A stretch of 64,000 nt of DNA, taken from assembly GCA_963730935.1 (NCBI GenBank), contig CAVSTP010000003.1:128001-192000 (forward strand), read 5' to 3'. Positions 40,542 through 51,027 of this stretch are shown here, piece after piece (positions within the stretch are counted from its first letter, which is position 1; the number at the start of each line of letters is the position of its first letter). The notes below the pieces were generated by a model. It saw only the letters and a program-made list of their open reading frames with translations. It was not told the DNA's origin and searched no databases. A program made the position numbers and the translations under genes. This DNA is from an uncultured Nitrospiraceae bacterium (GTDB lineage: Bacteria; Nitrospirota; Nitrospiria; Nitrospirales; Nitrospiraceae).

Positions 40542-41009
40542 ATGGCAAGAATTGTTCTCGGAGGGATTGCATGTGCCGCTGTGCTCATTGGGGCGCTTGG
40601 CCTAGAGAGTTCCGCTCATGCCCAGGCTGGTCTTGGAACATGGGTTCGACAGGCAGGTCCGCAAGCGTCCGGACAGATAACAATGACTGTTGAGACTTGT
40701 TGCGACGGTGGGCGACGGTTGACGTACCAGCTGGGCGACTCTGGTCATGTCATGATCGTCGAGTCGCCATTCGACGGTCGGGAGGTGCCCGTACTGCTCG
40801 ATGGAAAACCGAGCGGCGAAACCATGGCGATTAAGCGCCTGGACGACCATCATACATCTACGATCGTCAAGATGAACGGTAAGGAGTTTGGCACATCGAA
40901 GGCCACTCTTTCGCCTGACGGGAAAACGATCACGGTTGAAAATGACTTCACCGCGTCGGTTGGCGGCAACCCTGCCGGCAAGCGCACGGAAGTGTGGGTA
41001 AGGAAGTGA
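40542..41009 (+). CDS. exported beta-barrel (lipocalin-like) hypothetical protein
   Basis: Signal peptide AHA-Q, GTW motif, LSPDGKTITV; GGAGG SD. Confidence 0.75.
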   Translation: MARIVLGGIACAAVLIGALGLESSAHAQAGLGTWVRQAGPQASGQITMTVETCCDGGRRLTYQLGDSGHVMIVESPFDGREVPVLLDGKPSGETMAIKRLDDHHTSTIVKMNGKEFGTSKATLSPDGKTITVENDFTASVGGNPAGKRTEVWVRK

Positions 41010-41096
41010 CACGATCGTCATTCATGTGCTCACTGCCGGTGAATCTGCCGGGCAGGTTGTGACGAGTAATGCATGCCCGGCTCAAGGCAGCAACCC

Positions 41097-41642
41097 ATGA
41101 GTCTCATCTTCCCAATTCATGCCAAGCTTAAAGATGGCTCGCCGGTGCAGTTGGTGCTGGCCGGTGAGCGCGATATCGAACCGCTTCGAACGCTCTACCG
41201 GATCATCGTTGAAGAGGGGACGTCTTATCCCCACGACCGATTTCCCGATGACGACGGCTTCATGGACTATTGGTTTCGCGGCAAGACGACAGTTGCCGCA
41301 TATGCGCCTGACCGCGAGCAGGCATCGGCGATGGCCGGCGCGCTTTACTTGAAGCCAAACTGGCCAGGAAGGGCAAGGCAAGTGGCGAACGCCGGCTTTA
41401 TCGTCGCACCTGAATGGCGCAAGAAGGGGTTGGGCTGGCTCTTGGGCGCCACGATGTTGGAGTATGCGCGGCAATTGGGCTACCGCAGCGTGATCTTCAA
41501 CCTGGTCTTTTCGGAGAATGTGTGGGCCCGTCGCCTCTGGGAGCGGCTTGGCTTCAAAGAGCTGGGCGTGCTCCCCGGCGCGGTGCGGAAGAACGACGGC
41601 ACGTATCAGGATGCCGTGATCATGTTTCAGTCATTGCTGTAG
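41097..41642 (+). CDS. GNAT N-acetyltransferase
   Basis: [32 protein letters not shown]. Confidence 0.9.
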   Translation: MSLIFPIHAKLKDGSPVQLVLAGERDIEPLRTLYRIIVEEGTSYPHDRFPDDDGFMDYWFRGKTTVAAYAPDREQASAMAGALYLKPNWPGRARQVANAGFIVAPEWRKKGLGWLLGATMLEYARQLGYRSVIFNLVFSENVWARRLWERLGFKELGVLPGAVRKNDGTYQDAVIMFQSLL

Positions 41643-44277
41643 GGGCTGACCTCCCCGACCGTCTCTCCAGAAATTGTTTCTTCACCAGACGCTCGACCGA
41701 TGCGAAATGACGGTCGGGGAGATTTTTGAACCGTCGTTTGCATTCGGCCAAAGCCTCGTCGATGGATCGACACGGATCGATCACGCTCAGCAGGTGGTTG
41801 TAATAGTCGCTGAGTTTCAGTTCGACCGTTCGCACGTGAGAAGGATTTCCGGCGATCGCCACAGCTGCCTTGGCCTGGTCGCCGTGATGCTCGATCAGCG
41901 CTTGGAAGCACAGGCCCTTCAGGCGCTGGGTGACGGTGCTGCGGTCCCATCCCAGGATGTTGGCCGTGGCCTGCATGTCAAAGGCTTGTTGCCTTAGACA
42001 CTCCAACACGGCTTCGTCCCCGGCGGCATCAGGAAACGTGGACCGCTCGCCGTCGTCGCCGCTTAACGTCTCATCGAGCGAGAAGGCATGACGGGACAGG
42101 ATACTTCCGTCCGTGAGTGCAACGGCTCGCTCCAATACATTGCGGAGCTCCCGGACGTTTCCCGGCCATCGGTAGGCGCTCAGCAGACGCAGGGCGTCGG
42201 CGGACAGTTGAGGACGAGGCTTCCCCATTCGCTGGGCGATGTCGGCGAGGGCGGATTCGGCAATCACCGCGATGTCGCCGGTCCGCTCACGCAACGGCGG
42301 GAGCCGAAACACGAGTCCTTTCAGTCTGAAGTACAAATCTTCCCGGAACCATCCTTCGGACACGCCGCGCTGAAGATCCCGGTTGGTGGCAGCGACGATC
42401 CGGACATCGACGGTCGTCGGCGCCGTGGCACCCACCCGGTAGAAAGACTTTTCCTGGAGCACCCGAAGCAGTTTGCTTTGGTGATCCAGACGCAGATCGC
42501 CGATTTCATCCAGAAAAATGGTTCCGTGATTGGCGAGTTCGAAGTATCCCCTCCGGTCGGCCGTTGCTCCGGTAAAACTTCCCTTGATGTGGCCGAACAA
42601 CTCGCTTTCAAACAACTCGGGGGAAATCGCCGCCATATTGACCGCAACGAAGGCACGCCCGGCCCGGGGGCTGAGACGGTGGACGGCGCGGGCGAACAAC
42701 TCTTTTCCGGTGCCGGGCTCGCCCAGGAGGAGCACGGTCAACGGCGAGCCCGCTCCCTTCTTCAGGTCACGAAACATTCTGAGCAGAACGGAATGCTGTG
42801 TGATGATCCCTAACGCACGGCACTCATCCTTGACCCGCTCCAGTTCGGTGTCTGCGAGTGTGCTGGAGTCCGAACTGGCGGCACGAAGATCGGTCAACTG
42901 CCGTTCCATTTGCTCGAGTTGACGCCTGGCAGCCTGTTCCTGGGCTCTGATCTCGCCAATTTCCGACTGCAGCAAGACTGTGTCTCTGGCCAGCTGTTCT
43001 TGCTGCGCTGTCGATTGCGCCACCGCCGCCTTCGCGGCCTCCAAATCTTCTTCGAGCGCTTCGGCGCGGCTTTCGCGAAGCGTCAGCGTCTCTCGGATCG
43101 CGGCGGCGTCTTGTTGCACGCGCAACATGTCCTGTTCGAGCAGCACCATCCGCGGGCCGGCCGTCAGGTGAGTCCAGGCGACGGCCGCAACGACGACGAA
43201 ACCGGCGGCTGTCAATGGCAAGGGCAGCGGAAGGACCACATGGATGCCCCACAACACGGTACTCGTCAGGGCTACATAGAGCACAAGGACGCTCCCGGCA
43301 AAGACAAGGCCCCTCGATCCTGGGAAACGCAACAGTCCCCACCCGATGGTCGACGCCAGCAGCAGCGTGAGTCCGAGCGCCGCCCATCGGCCTGTGACGG
43401 CGATCTGATTGTTCATGAGCAAGCTATTCAGTAGATGGAGATGCGTCACGATGCCGGTCACGGACTGGCCTGTCGGAAGGAGCCACGGACCGTGACTGAC
43501 TTCGCTTGGAAGGAGGACGACGATCTTGCCGTTGAACCGGTCTTCGAGGTGCCGGCGGTCATGATGCTGCATCGCCTCCCAGACCGAGGACAGCGTGATC
43601 GTCGGCAGCGCCGAGAGCGACCCATCTCCCACGGGATTGAGCGTGACGGTTGAGATCCGATCCGAGAGGAGCGGTCGCTGAAAAACGAGCGGCTGTTGCC
43701 GATACAGATCGTAGAGAACGGCGCCGAATGCCGGCACCGGCTTTCCCTCGACTGCGGACAACAGCGGGATCCGTCGTGTCACCCGATCTGGCTGTGTGGA
43801 AACCAGGACGTGTCCCGTCAGGACTCCGCCGGTTTCAAGGGCGATCTCCGGGTCATGCACGAGCGCGACCGGACCGGCCGCGTGCAACGCTTCGATGAGC
43901 AGCGCATCGCTGGCCGCTCCGCCGAGCGACGAAGGGCTGGCATGGCCGAGGCGATGGTCGATCCCGATGGCCGACGCGCCAGCCTCATGGACCGCCGTGA
44001 TGAATTGCGCCAGGACGGCCCGGTCGAGTATCCCTCCGAAACGCTCTTCGCTATCCGGATCACGGACGACAATGCTCAACGCATCGCTGGTCGCAATCGA
44101 GGCTCGAACCCGCAGCCAGGTGTCATACAGAGCCCAGTCGAGAGCGGTGAAGGTGACGGGCGCGAAGTTCCACAGTCCCTTGGCGAGCACCGAGGCCAGG
44201 AGCCCGATCGTCAGAGCCTGTAAGAGGGGAACTGTGATGAACAGCCGCCAGAGTCTGGGCCAGGAGAGTGGAATCAT
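41620..44277 (-). CDS. membrane-bound CHASE2 + coiled-coil + sigma54 activator (AAA+, HTH)
   Basis: TM-CHASE2-like-3TM, heptad stretch, [39 protein letters not shown]. Confidence 0.88.
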   Translation of the reverse strand: MIPLSWPRLWRLFITVPLLQALTIGLLASVLAKGLWNFAPVTFTALDWALYDTWLRVRASIATSDALSIVVRDPDSEERFGGILDRAVLAQFITAVHEAGASAIGIDHRLGHASPSSLGGAASDALLIEALHAAGPVALVHDPEIALETGGVLTGHVLVSTQPDRVTRRIPLLSAVEGKPVPAFGAVLYDLYRQQPLVFQRPLLSDRISTVTLNPVGDGSLSALPTITLSSVWEAMQHHDRRHLEDRFNGKIVVLLPSEVSHGPWLLPTGQSVTGIVTHLHLLNSLLMNNQIAVTGRWAALGLTLLLASTIGWGLLRFPGSRGLVFAGSVLVLYVALTSTVLWGIHVVLPLPLPLTAAGFVVVAAVAWTHLTAGPRMVLLEQDMLRVQQDAAAIRETLTLRESRAEALEEDLEAAKAAVAQSTAQQEQLARDTVLLQSEIGEIRAQEQAARRQLEQMERQLTDLRAASSDSSTLADTELERVKDECRALGIITQHSVLLRMFRDLKKGAGSPLTVLLLGEPGTGKELFARAVHRLSPRAGRAFVAVNMAAISPELFESELFGHIKGSFTGATADRRGYFELANHGTIFLDEIGDLRLDHQSKLLRVLQEKSFYRVGATAPTTVDVRIVAATNRDLQRGVSEGWFREDLYFRLKGLVFRLPPLRERTGDIAVIAESALADIAQRMGKPRPQLSADALRLLSAYRWPGNVRELRNVLERAVALTDGSILSRHAFSLDETLSGDDGERSTFPDAAGDEAVLECLRQQAFDMQATANILGWDRSTVTQRLKGLCFQALIEHHGDQAKAAVAIAGNPSHVRTVELKLSDYYNHLLSVIDPCRSIDEALAECKRRFKNLPDRHFASVERLVKKQFLERRSGRSAPTAMTET

Positions 44278-45518
44278 CGTCGTTCGCCTGTGACGAAGTC
44301 GGCTAAGAGGGCATTCGCCTCCTGCTTAGGAAGTCCCTTGAGCATCGCCTTCGCCCTGGGAAGATCCTGTTGCAGGCCAATTCCTCTTCCGTAAATGCGT
44401 GCCAATATGCGTTTGGCGGGAGCAAATCCGTCCGCCGCCGTGTGCTCAAAACAGGCGAGGATTGTCTTATCGTGAGGCGGCAGCACGTTGTCCCACCCAG
44501 TTTCATACAACCGTGCTAATTCGACCTGTGCCACCTCACTTAAGGCGTAGCCTTCCTTCAGCAGGGTAGGCACGGCGACGTCGCTACGACGGTCCTTCAG
44601 TAGTCTGGTGCCGATGGTTTCTCCGTCGTCGGCCGGGCTGTACTCGCGAAACTCCTCCCAGAGTTGACGGCGATACGCGAGAAAGGCGTCCTGGGCATCC
44701 TTGCGCTTGCGGTCCGGTTGATCCGTAGACAGCGCCTGCCGCCTGAGCTTGCTGAGGAGGTCGGCGGACGGTTGATACCCGTATTCAGCGGCTTTGGTCC
44801 ACCAAAACACCGCTTTGCCCAAATCCTTTTCGACGCCTTGGCCGCTCTTATAGGCGTTGCCCAGAAAAAACTGGGCCTGCTGCACGCCGCCCAATGCCGC
44901 CTCTTCCATGAGTTGAGCGGCTTCCTGTTCGTGTTTTGACAGCTTCAGTAATAACGCGAGGCGGTATCGTGCATCGGGGAAATAGGGTTGTAGCATCAGC
45001 GCCTGTCGATACGATTGCACAGCCGCCTGTAGATGGCCCAACGAGTAGTGGACACTCCCCAGACTATAATGGGCATCGGTGAAGCCGGGATCGAGCCTGA
45101 CCGCTTCCTGCAGCACGGACCTCGCGGCGCGCCAGTCCTGCTTGGCCATGAGGATGGTGCCCAGCTGCACATGCGCTTTGGCATCGTCGGGCTGCAGTTT
45201 GATGGCCACGCGGCATTCGTCCATGGCGGCATCCAGGTCTCCGATGCGGTACAACGCACGGGCCAGCGCGAGCCGATTGGCCGCATCGTCGGGAGCGATG
45301 CGGACAGTGCCACGTGCTTCACCGAGCGCCATCGCCCCATCGGTCTGGACGAGTGATGAAGGAAGAGAGGACGGATGCTCATCACCGACTGCTTCAGGCG
45401 GCGGAGGGGGGCTTTCGAGAGGTGCTTGCGGGGTGGCCGGATCTTCGGGCGCTTGAGCCAACGATGGGGAAACGCCGAACAGGCTGAGGACGGCCACCAC
45501 CAGTAATCGACGGAGCAT
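44274..45518 (-). CDS. exported TPR / SEL1-repeat protein
   Basis: Signal peptide, TPR helices, [18 protein letters not shown]. Confidence 0.88.
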   Translation of the reverse strand: MLRRLLVVAVLSLFGVSPSLAQAPEDPATPQAPLESPPPPPEAVGDEHPSSLPSSLVQTDGAMALGEARGTVRIAPDDAANRLALARALYRIGDLDAAMDECRVAIKLQPDDAKAHVQLGTILMAKQDWRAARSVLQEAVRLDPGFTDAHYSLGSVHYSLGHLQAAVQSYRQALMLQPYFPDARYRLALLLKLSKHEQEAAQLMEEAALGGVQQAQFFLGNAYKSGQGVEKDLGKAVFWWTKAAEYGYQPSADLLSKLRRQALSTDQPDRKRKDAQDAFLAYRRQLWEEFREYSPADDGETIGTRLLKDRRSDVAVPTLLKEGYALSEVAQVELARLYETGWDNVLPPHDKTILACFEHTAADGFAPAKRILARIYGRGIGLQQDLPRAKAMLKGLPKQEANALLADFVTGERR

Positions 45519-45566
45519 CGAGCTTGTGACCCTCCGTTAACCGAGTGGTCGACATTATACCATTCG

Positions 45567-45983
45567 TCACAAGCGGTTCTTCATTCGCGCGATCGTGGAT
45601 TGGATGTCCTCTGCGGACAGCGTGACGGGGTCGTGGGGAACGCGCCAGACGGGCTCAAGCGGCGCGGGATCGCTGGAAAGCCGCGGGATGAGGTGCCAGT
45701 GAATATGCGGCATCTGGTTCCCCAGCAAGCCGTAGTTCATTTTTTTGGCGTCAAACGTCTCGGCCAGCACTTTGGCGAACCGGCTGACTTCTTCCATCAT
45801 CTGGATGCGCTCGGTCGGCGCCAGGTGGAACAGTTCGGTGGCGTGACGCTTGAAGACGATCACGGTCCAGCCGGGGAAGAATTGATCGTCGTGGAGATAG
45901 GCCATCGACAATCCAAGATCCGCGATGAAGTGGTCTGAGCCCGGCCAGGTGCCCGAACAGGCGTTGCACGACGGATCGCTCAT
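45567..45983 (-). CDS. HIT-family protein
   Basis: CxxC and PHIHWHLIPR. Confidence 0.92.
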   Translation of the reverse strand: MSDPSCNACSGTWPGSDHFIADLGLSMAYLHDDQFFPGWTVIVFKRHATELFHLAPTERIQMMEEVSRFAKVLAETFDAKKMNYGLLGNQMPHIHWHLIPRLSSDPAPLEPVWRVPHDPVTLSAEDIQSTIARMKNRL

Positions 45984-46621
45984 GGCTGGATTGTCTTCCG
46001 TTCTTCTTCAGTAATGACCCCCTTCTTCAGCAGCAGTTGGATGAGGCGATCCGTCCGGTCTTGAGGAGCGCTGCCGCCTTGAGGCTGGTTGTTGGCGGCC
46101 TTGGGCTCGGCAGGAAGACGCTTTTTCCCATAGACTCGAAAGGACGGAGTAAAGATCGAAACATAATCCTTATTCCGAATGCGGACAGAAAACGGCGAGC
46201 TGTCAGTCAATGGAGCGAGGTCGGGAGTGGTGCCGACGGGCACCCTGAAAAACGGCTTCCCGTCCTCGGTTTCTCCGTCCTGTCCGACCACCTCAAACCG
46301 ATGAATGAGTGGTTCGCTTTTCAAGGGTTCTCGGTCTTCGCCGGCGAGGTTCGTGATTTTCTCGAGCACGACGATCAGGGAATCGGCGATGAACGGGTCG
46401 CTAGACCGGTTGCGGACGGTGAGATCATAGCGGTATTCGCTGTTGAAATTGTCGCGGCCGGTGAGCGTGACGGTGACGACGGCCTTGCCGGTAAGGTCCG
46501 TGAGCTGATCGACCGACGAGGCGAACACGGCGCCGGCGGTCGTCTCCGCAAACAGCAGCGCTCCGATCAACAGCCGGCCGATGGCAAGGAAAGATGTCGA
46601 CATGATCCGCAGGGGGCTCAT
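45980..46621 (-). CDS. exported hypothetical protein with short SHOCT-like tail
   Basis: Signal-like N-terminus, beta-rich core, LLKKGVITEEE; overlaps HIT start. Confidence 0.75.
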   Translation of the reverse strand: MSPLRIMSTSFLAIGRLLIGALLFAETTAGAVFASSVDQLTDLTGKAVVTVTLTGRDNFNSEYRYDLTVRNRSSDPFIADSLIVVLEKITNLAGEDREPLKSEPLIHRFEVVGQDGETEDGKPFFRVPVGTTPDLAPLTDSSPFSVRIRNKDYVSIFTPSFRVYGKKRLPAEPKAANNQPQGGSAPQDRTDRLIQLLLKKGVITEEERKTIQP

Positions 46622-46751
46622 AGGTCTTGAGAAGGTACCATGGGAGCATAGCAAAGACCGATGGCTGGATCGAGCATTCTCGCCGTTCTTGCCTTGACAC
46701 TTTCTTTCATCCATGGATATTCTGCGCGGCAAACGGGTCGAAGAACCGGCG

Positions 46752-47618
46752 ATGCACGATGCTACTGCCCAACATGCCCCGCTCCTTGTTCCCCGTGCGC
46801 TAGTTTCGAAATTGATGCGTCTCTACGACATCTCTCATCCGCTTCGACGCGGACAGCTCATTCGCGGCTATGATCGTGCCCACGCAGTCAGGACGGCACG
46901 CATGTGCGCCGCGGTGGCGTCTGCGCTCGGTCATGAGCCGGATCGGGTCAGGCAATACCAAATTGCCTGTCTGCTGCACGACCTCGGACGGGCCGGCCTG
47001 GATCGTCCCCTATTCGGGAAAATCTGGTCCTGGGCGAAGGCCCGCGGCATTCCGACGAGGCCGCGGGAATGGCGGGCCATCCATCCGGAAACGGCATATG
47101 GGCGAGAAACGGAGGCATTCATCGCTCGATACCGACAGGCGCTTGCCACCGACGGCATTCTCATCACTCCCTGGGCAAAGGAACAGATTGAAATGCGGCT
47201 GGGCTATGCGCGCCGCTTGGCGCGGCGGTTGCGCGCGGTGCGATCGTCGATCGCACGCATGGGCGTGCGCTGGGAATCCTGGATGCAGGCGGTGATGCTC
47301 TACTACTACTATCCAGAAAAGCTTGCCCGTGCCCGGCCATGGGTGAAGGAATTGGCGGAGGTCCTCGTCGCCTGTGAGCAGTTCGAAGCCTACAGCAACC
47401 AGCGTCGAGGCCGCGACTATTATGTGAGATACAAGGAAACAATCGCTGAGGCGTTCGCCTATCTGGAGAAGCTTGAGCGCGAGGGGATCCTCAGTGCACG
47501 CGTCATGAAGACCTTGAAGCACTTGGCGGCCTCCGGCCGGTTCGATGCCATTATTACCGAGGCTCGTGGGAGTCATCTGACAACGAAAGAACGACGGTTC
47601 CTCCATCGAATGGAGTGA
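46752..47618 (+). CDS. HD-domain protein, divergent HD-GYP-like
   Basis: H...LLHDLGR; YYYYPE and VACEQFEAY at HHE and ADxFDA positions. Confidence 0.8.
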   Translation: MHDATAQHAPLLVPRALVSKLMRLYDISHPLRRGQLIRGYDRAHAVRTARMCAAVASALGHEPDRVRQYQIACLLHDLGRAGLDRPLFGKIWSWAKARGIPTRPREWRAIHPETAYGRETEAFIARYRQALATDGILITPWAKEQIEMRLGYARRLARRLRAVRSSIARMGVRWESWMQAVMLYYYYPEKLARARPWVKELAEVLVACEQFEAYSNQRRGRDYYVRYKETIAEAFAYLEKLEREGILSARVMKTLKHLAASGRFDAIITEARGSHLTTKERRFLHRME

Positions 47619-47624
47619 TGAGCC

Positions 47625-48047
47625 ATGGCGGTCACCACCGTGCCCCTCAGGGTGGATATGCGGGGCGGAACGCACATCGAGAATGTGACAAAGCTGGTGC
47701 AGGACGCCTTGGGGGGTGCGAAGGCGTCCGCCGGGATCGTGACGGTCTTCGTCAAGCATACAACGGCGTCGATCATGATCATCGAAGATGAGCCCGGCAT
47801 CAGGGCCGATACGAAAACGTTCTGGGATCGGGCGGTCCCCGCCGATCCGGCCTGGCAGCACAACCAAAAAAATCCGGGCGAAGACAACGGCCATAGTCAT
47901 CTGAGAGGCCAACTCCAAGGCCCGTCGGTTACCATCCCCTTCGTCGACGGCTCGCTGCTGCTGGGCACCTGGCAGCAGGTCGTGCTGGTCGATTTCGACA
48001 CACGCGCCCGCACACGTGACCTCATCATTCAAGTCCTGGGAGAGTAA
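47625..48047 (+). CDS. yjbQ: YjbQ family (secondary thiamine-phosphate synthase-like)
   Basis: HTTAS, NGHSH, LGTWQ, DFD. Confidence 0.9.
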   Translation: MAVTTVPLRVDMRGGTHIENVTKLVQDALGGAKASAGIVTVFVKHTTASIMIIEDEPGIRADTKTFWDRAVPADPAWQHNQKNPGEDNGHSHLRGQLQGPSVTIPFVDGSLLLGTWQQVVLVDFDTRARTRDLIIQVLGE

Positions 48048-48054
48048 ACGCTTC

Positions 48055-49182
48055 ATGTCCGGTCTCATCATGGCGGTGCGCTCGGCCGTGTTGGGCGCAC
48101 TGCTGGCTGCGGGATATGCGGATGTGACCGGCGCCGAGTGGGGAAAACCTCTTGGGGCCGGCTATGAGGGGGCAGAGGTCAAACCTCGCCTGGTAACACC
48201 GGCGCCGCCCGAGCTCGGACCGGATGAACGCGCCACCATGGCGGTGTTTGAACGTGCGACCAAGTCCGTGGTGTTCATTTCGAACACGGCGATCCAACGT
48301 GATTTCTGGTCCTTCGACATGCTCGAGGTTCCGCAAGGTTCCGGGTCGGGGTTTGTTTGGAATAAGCAGGGACACATCGTCACGAATTTTCACGTGATTT
48401 ATGGTGCAAATGCCATCAAGGTGACGTTGGCTGATCGGAGCGAACATCAAGCCAAGCTCGTCGGGGCAGATCCGGATCACGACTTAGCGGTGTTGCAGGT
48501 TCAGGTACCGGAGACGACCTTGGAACCTCTGGCGATCGGCACTTCTCAGGACCTGCGAGTCGGGCAAAAAGTATTGGCCATCGGCAATCCGTTTGGATTG
48601 GATCATACCCTCACCACGGGGGTCGTGAGCGCCTTGGGCCGAACGATCAAGTCCCTGTCGAACCGGACGATCGAAGGCGTCGTTCAGACCGATGCCGCCA
48701 TTAATCCAGGCAATTCCGGAGGACCGCTCCTCGACAGCGCAGGCCGCTTGATCGGGGTCAATACGCAGATCATCAGTCCGAGCGGGGCCTACGCAGGGAT
48801 CGGCTTCGCGGTGCCGGTGGATACGGTCAACCGTATCGTGCCCGAGTTGATCAAGCATGGAAAGCTCATTCGCCCCGGTCTCGGCGTCTCTCTTGTCCCG
48901 GATGCCATGGCCAGACGGTGGGGCATTAAAGGGTTGGTCATCGGCAAAGTCTCTCGCGGCGGTTCGGCCGAGCGGGCCGGCCTCAAGGGGGCGAGGGAAA
49001 CGCCCTCAGGACGCATCGAACTGGGCGACATCGTCGTCGCTGTGGCCGGCAAGCCGGTGATGACCATTGATGAGCTCATGGACGTGCTGGAACATCACAA
49101 GGTCGGCGATCAAGTCGTCGTGGAGATTCTCCGAGAGAATCGAAGAGACAAAGTTACGGTAACGCTCCAGGCGGTCAATTAG
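48055..49182 (+). CDS. HtrA/DegP-family serine protease with one PDZ domain
   Basis: TNFHV, DLAVL, DAAINPGNSGGP. Confidence 0.95.
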   Translation: MSGLIMAVRSAVLGALLAAGYADVTGAEWGKPLGAGYEGAEVKPRLVTPAPPELGPDERATMAVFERATKSVVFISNTAIQRDFWSFDMLEVPQGSGSGFVWNKQGHIVTNFHVIYGANAIKVTLADRSEHQAKLVGADPDHDLAVLQVQVPETTLEPLAIGTSQDLRVGQKVLAIGNPFGLDHTLTTGVVSALGRTIKSLSNRTIEGVVQTDAAINPGNSGGPLLDSAGRLIGVNTQIISPSGAYAGIGFAVPVDTVNRIVPELIKHGKLIRPGLGVSLVPDAMARRWGIKGLVIGKVSRGGSAERAGLKGARETPSGRIELGDIVVAVAGKPVMTIDELMDVLEHHKVGDQVVVEILRENRRDKVTVTLQAVN

Positions 49183-49281
49183 ACCTCGCCCAGACCTCTG
49201 CCGAACCCGCCGCTCGCCTGAGGTAATCCGCAAGCCCGCTATGGTAGGATCAACCCATTCGTGTCGTGTGGAGGACCATCA

Positions 49282-51021
49282 ATGAGTGACCGCCGTATCC
49301 CGGATTCCCCTCAAGAGCCGAAACCCAAGAGCGAAGAGCCTGCGGGCAAGACCGGTTCCGACCCGCTCGAACTCATTGAGCAGTGCCTGGCGCTGTTTTC
49401 CGAAACCGATCCCCGTCAGAAGCTGCTCTACAAGCTGCGCCATGCGGTAATGCTGTCGCAAGCCGCCAATCAACAGCGGGAAGCCGAATTCAAAAAAGTC
49501 AGCGACGTGGTGGCCAAGCTCACAGCGCCCGCCAATCGCATCGGGATGTTGCTCGATATTCCCGGCGACGGTCTTGCGCATATTGTGGTGGGCGGCGCCG
49601 AATACTACGCCAATGTGGATCCCCGTGTGGCCGCCGGAGCTCTCAAGATCGGCACTCAGATTCTCGTGAACGAGGCCTATGCGGTCATCAAGACGCTGGA
49701 CTATGACCTGAACGGCCCCATCTTGAAGCTGACTGAAGCGATGGCCGACGGCCGGCTGCGGTTCGAACATGAGATGGGGCGTCAATCGTTAATTTTACGA
49801 CGGTCCACCGATCTTCTCGGCATGGAACTCAAACCCGGCGACGAACTGCGTATCGACCCCACCCAACGAATCGCCTTGGAGAAACTCGTCGATCGCAAAG
49901 CCACGAAGCATGTGCTCGACGAAGCGCCGAAGGTGACGTGGGAGCAGATTGGCGGGCAGTCGGAGGCCATCGCGGCCATTCGTAAGGCAATCGAGTATCC
50001 GCTGCTGCATGCCGCCACCTTTCAACAGTTCAAGTTCTCCCAACCCAAAGGGTTTCTCCTGTATGGACCACCCGGTTGCGGAAAAACGCTCATCGGTCAG
50101 GCGGCGGCCGCGAGCCTGTCTAAAGTGGTCAGCGAGTCGGGGCCGGAACCCGCGCAGAAAGGCGAAGGCCGTGCACCGATCACCGGCGGCGCATTTCTCC
50201 ATGTGAAGGGGCCGGAAATCCTCAATATGTGGCTGGGCGAGTCCGAACGGATGGTGCGCGATCTCTTCGCGGAGGCGAAAGCCAGGCGTCAGGACGGCGC
50301 GCTTCCGTTCATCTTTATCGACGAAGCCGAGTCCATCCTCGGCACCAGACGTGCCATGCGCTCGTTCAACATTTCCAATACGCTGGTGCCGATGTTCTGC
50401 AGCGAAATGGACGGCATCGAGTCGCTGCGGGACGTCGTCATTATCCTCGCGTCGAACAGGCCGGATCTGATCGATCCGGCGGTGCTGCGGCCCGGCCGGA
50501 TCGATCGAAAGATCAAGGTGGCACGGCCAAATCGAGAGGCCTCGACGGAAATCTTGAAGGTGTACCTGTCCGACGATTTGCCGCTCGATCCGGCCGTGCT
50601 GGCCGAGCGCGGCGGAGAACAAGGCAAGGCCATGGCTTCGCTGGCGCAAGAGGTGATCGATCGCATTTTCCGGAAGGCCGATGAGAATCGCTTGCTGTCC
50701 GTTCGGCTTCGAAGCGGGCAGCAGAAAGTGCTCTACCGCGGCGATCTGGTCAGCGGAGCGATCTTGGCGTCGATCGTCCAGCGTGCGAAGGAAAAAGCGA
50801 TCGACCGCACGATTCAAGGCGGCCAGCCGGCTGCACTGTTGGAGCAGGATCTCTTCGATGCCGTGACCGCGGAATTTCGAGAAGGGGAGATGCTCCCGCC
50901 TGATGATGCTGCAGAGGAATGGTTGAAACTCCTCGATCACCATCCCGAGCAGGTCATCGGCATTTCATCCTTCCGCCGAGGGCGGCAGACCGAAGAGCGG
51001 CTAGTCAATCAGATCATTTAG
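49282..51021 (+). CDS. arc: proteasome-associated AAA ATPase (ARC/Mpa homolog)
   Basis: Coiled coil, OB region, GPPGCGKT, VKGPEILNMW, IDEAE, RPGRIDRK, SGA motif; first gene of locus. Confidence 0.93.
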   Translation: MSDRRIPDSPQEPKPKSEEPAGKTGSDPLELIEQCLALFSETDPRQKLLYKLRHAVMLSQAANQQREAEFKKVSDVVAKLTAPANRIGMLLDIPGDGLAHIVVGGAEYYANVDPRVAAGALKIGTQILVNEAYAVIKTLDYDLNGPILKLTEAMADGRLRFEHEMGRQSLILRRSTDLLGMELKPGDELRIDPTQRIALEKLVDRKATKHVLDEAPKVTWEQIGGQSEAIAAIRKAIEYPLLHAATFQQFKFSQPKGFLLYGPPGCGKTLIGQAAAASLSKVVSESGPEPAQKGEGRAPITGGAFLHVKGPEILNMWLGESERMVRDLFAEAKARRQDGALPFIFIDEAESILGTRRAMRSFNISNTLVPMFCSEMDGIESLRDVVIILASNRPDLIDPAVLRPGRIDRKIKVARPNREASTEILKVYLSDDLPLDPAVLAERGGEQGKAMASLAQEVIDRIFRKADENRLLSVRLRSGQQKVLYRGDLVSGAILASIVQRAKEKAIDRTIQGGQPAALLEQDLFDAVTAEFREGEMLPPDDAAEEWLKLLDHHPEQVIGISSFRRGRQTEERLVNQII

Positions 51022-51027
51022 ACCCCC

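Noticed and set aside
47010..48071. 353-aa minus-strand ORF
   Set aside because: Antisense to the HD and yjbQ genes
49795..50943. 382-aa minus-strand ORF
   Set aside because: Antisense shadow of arc
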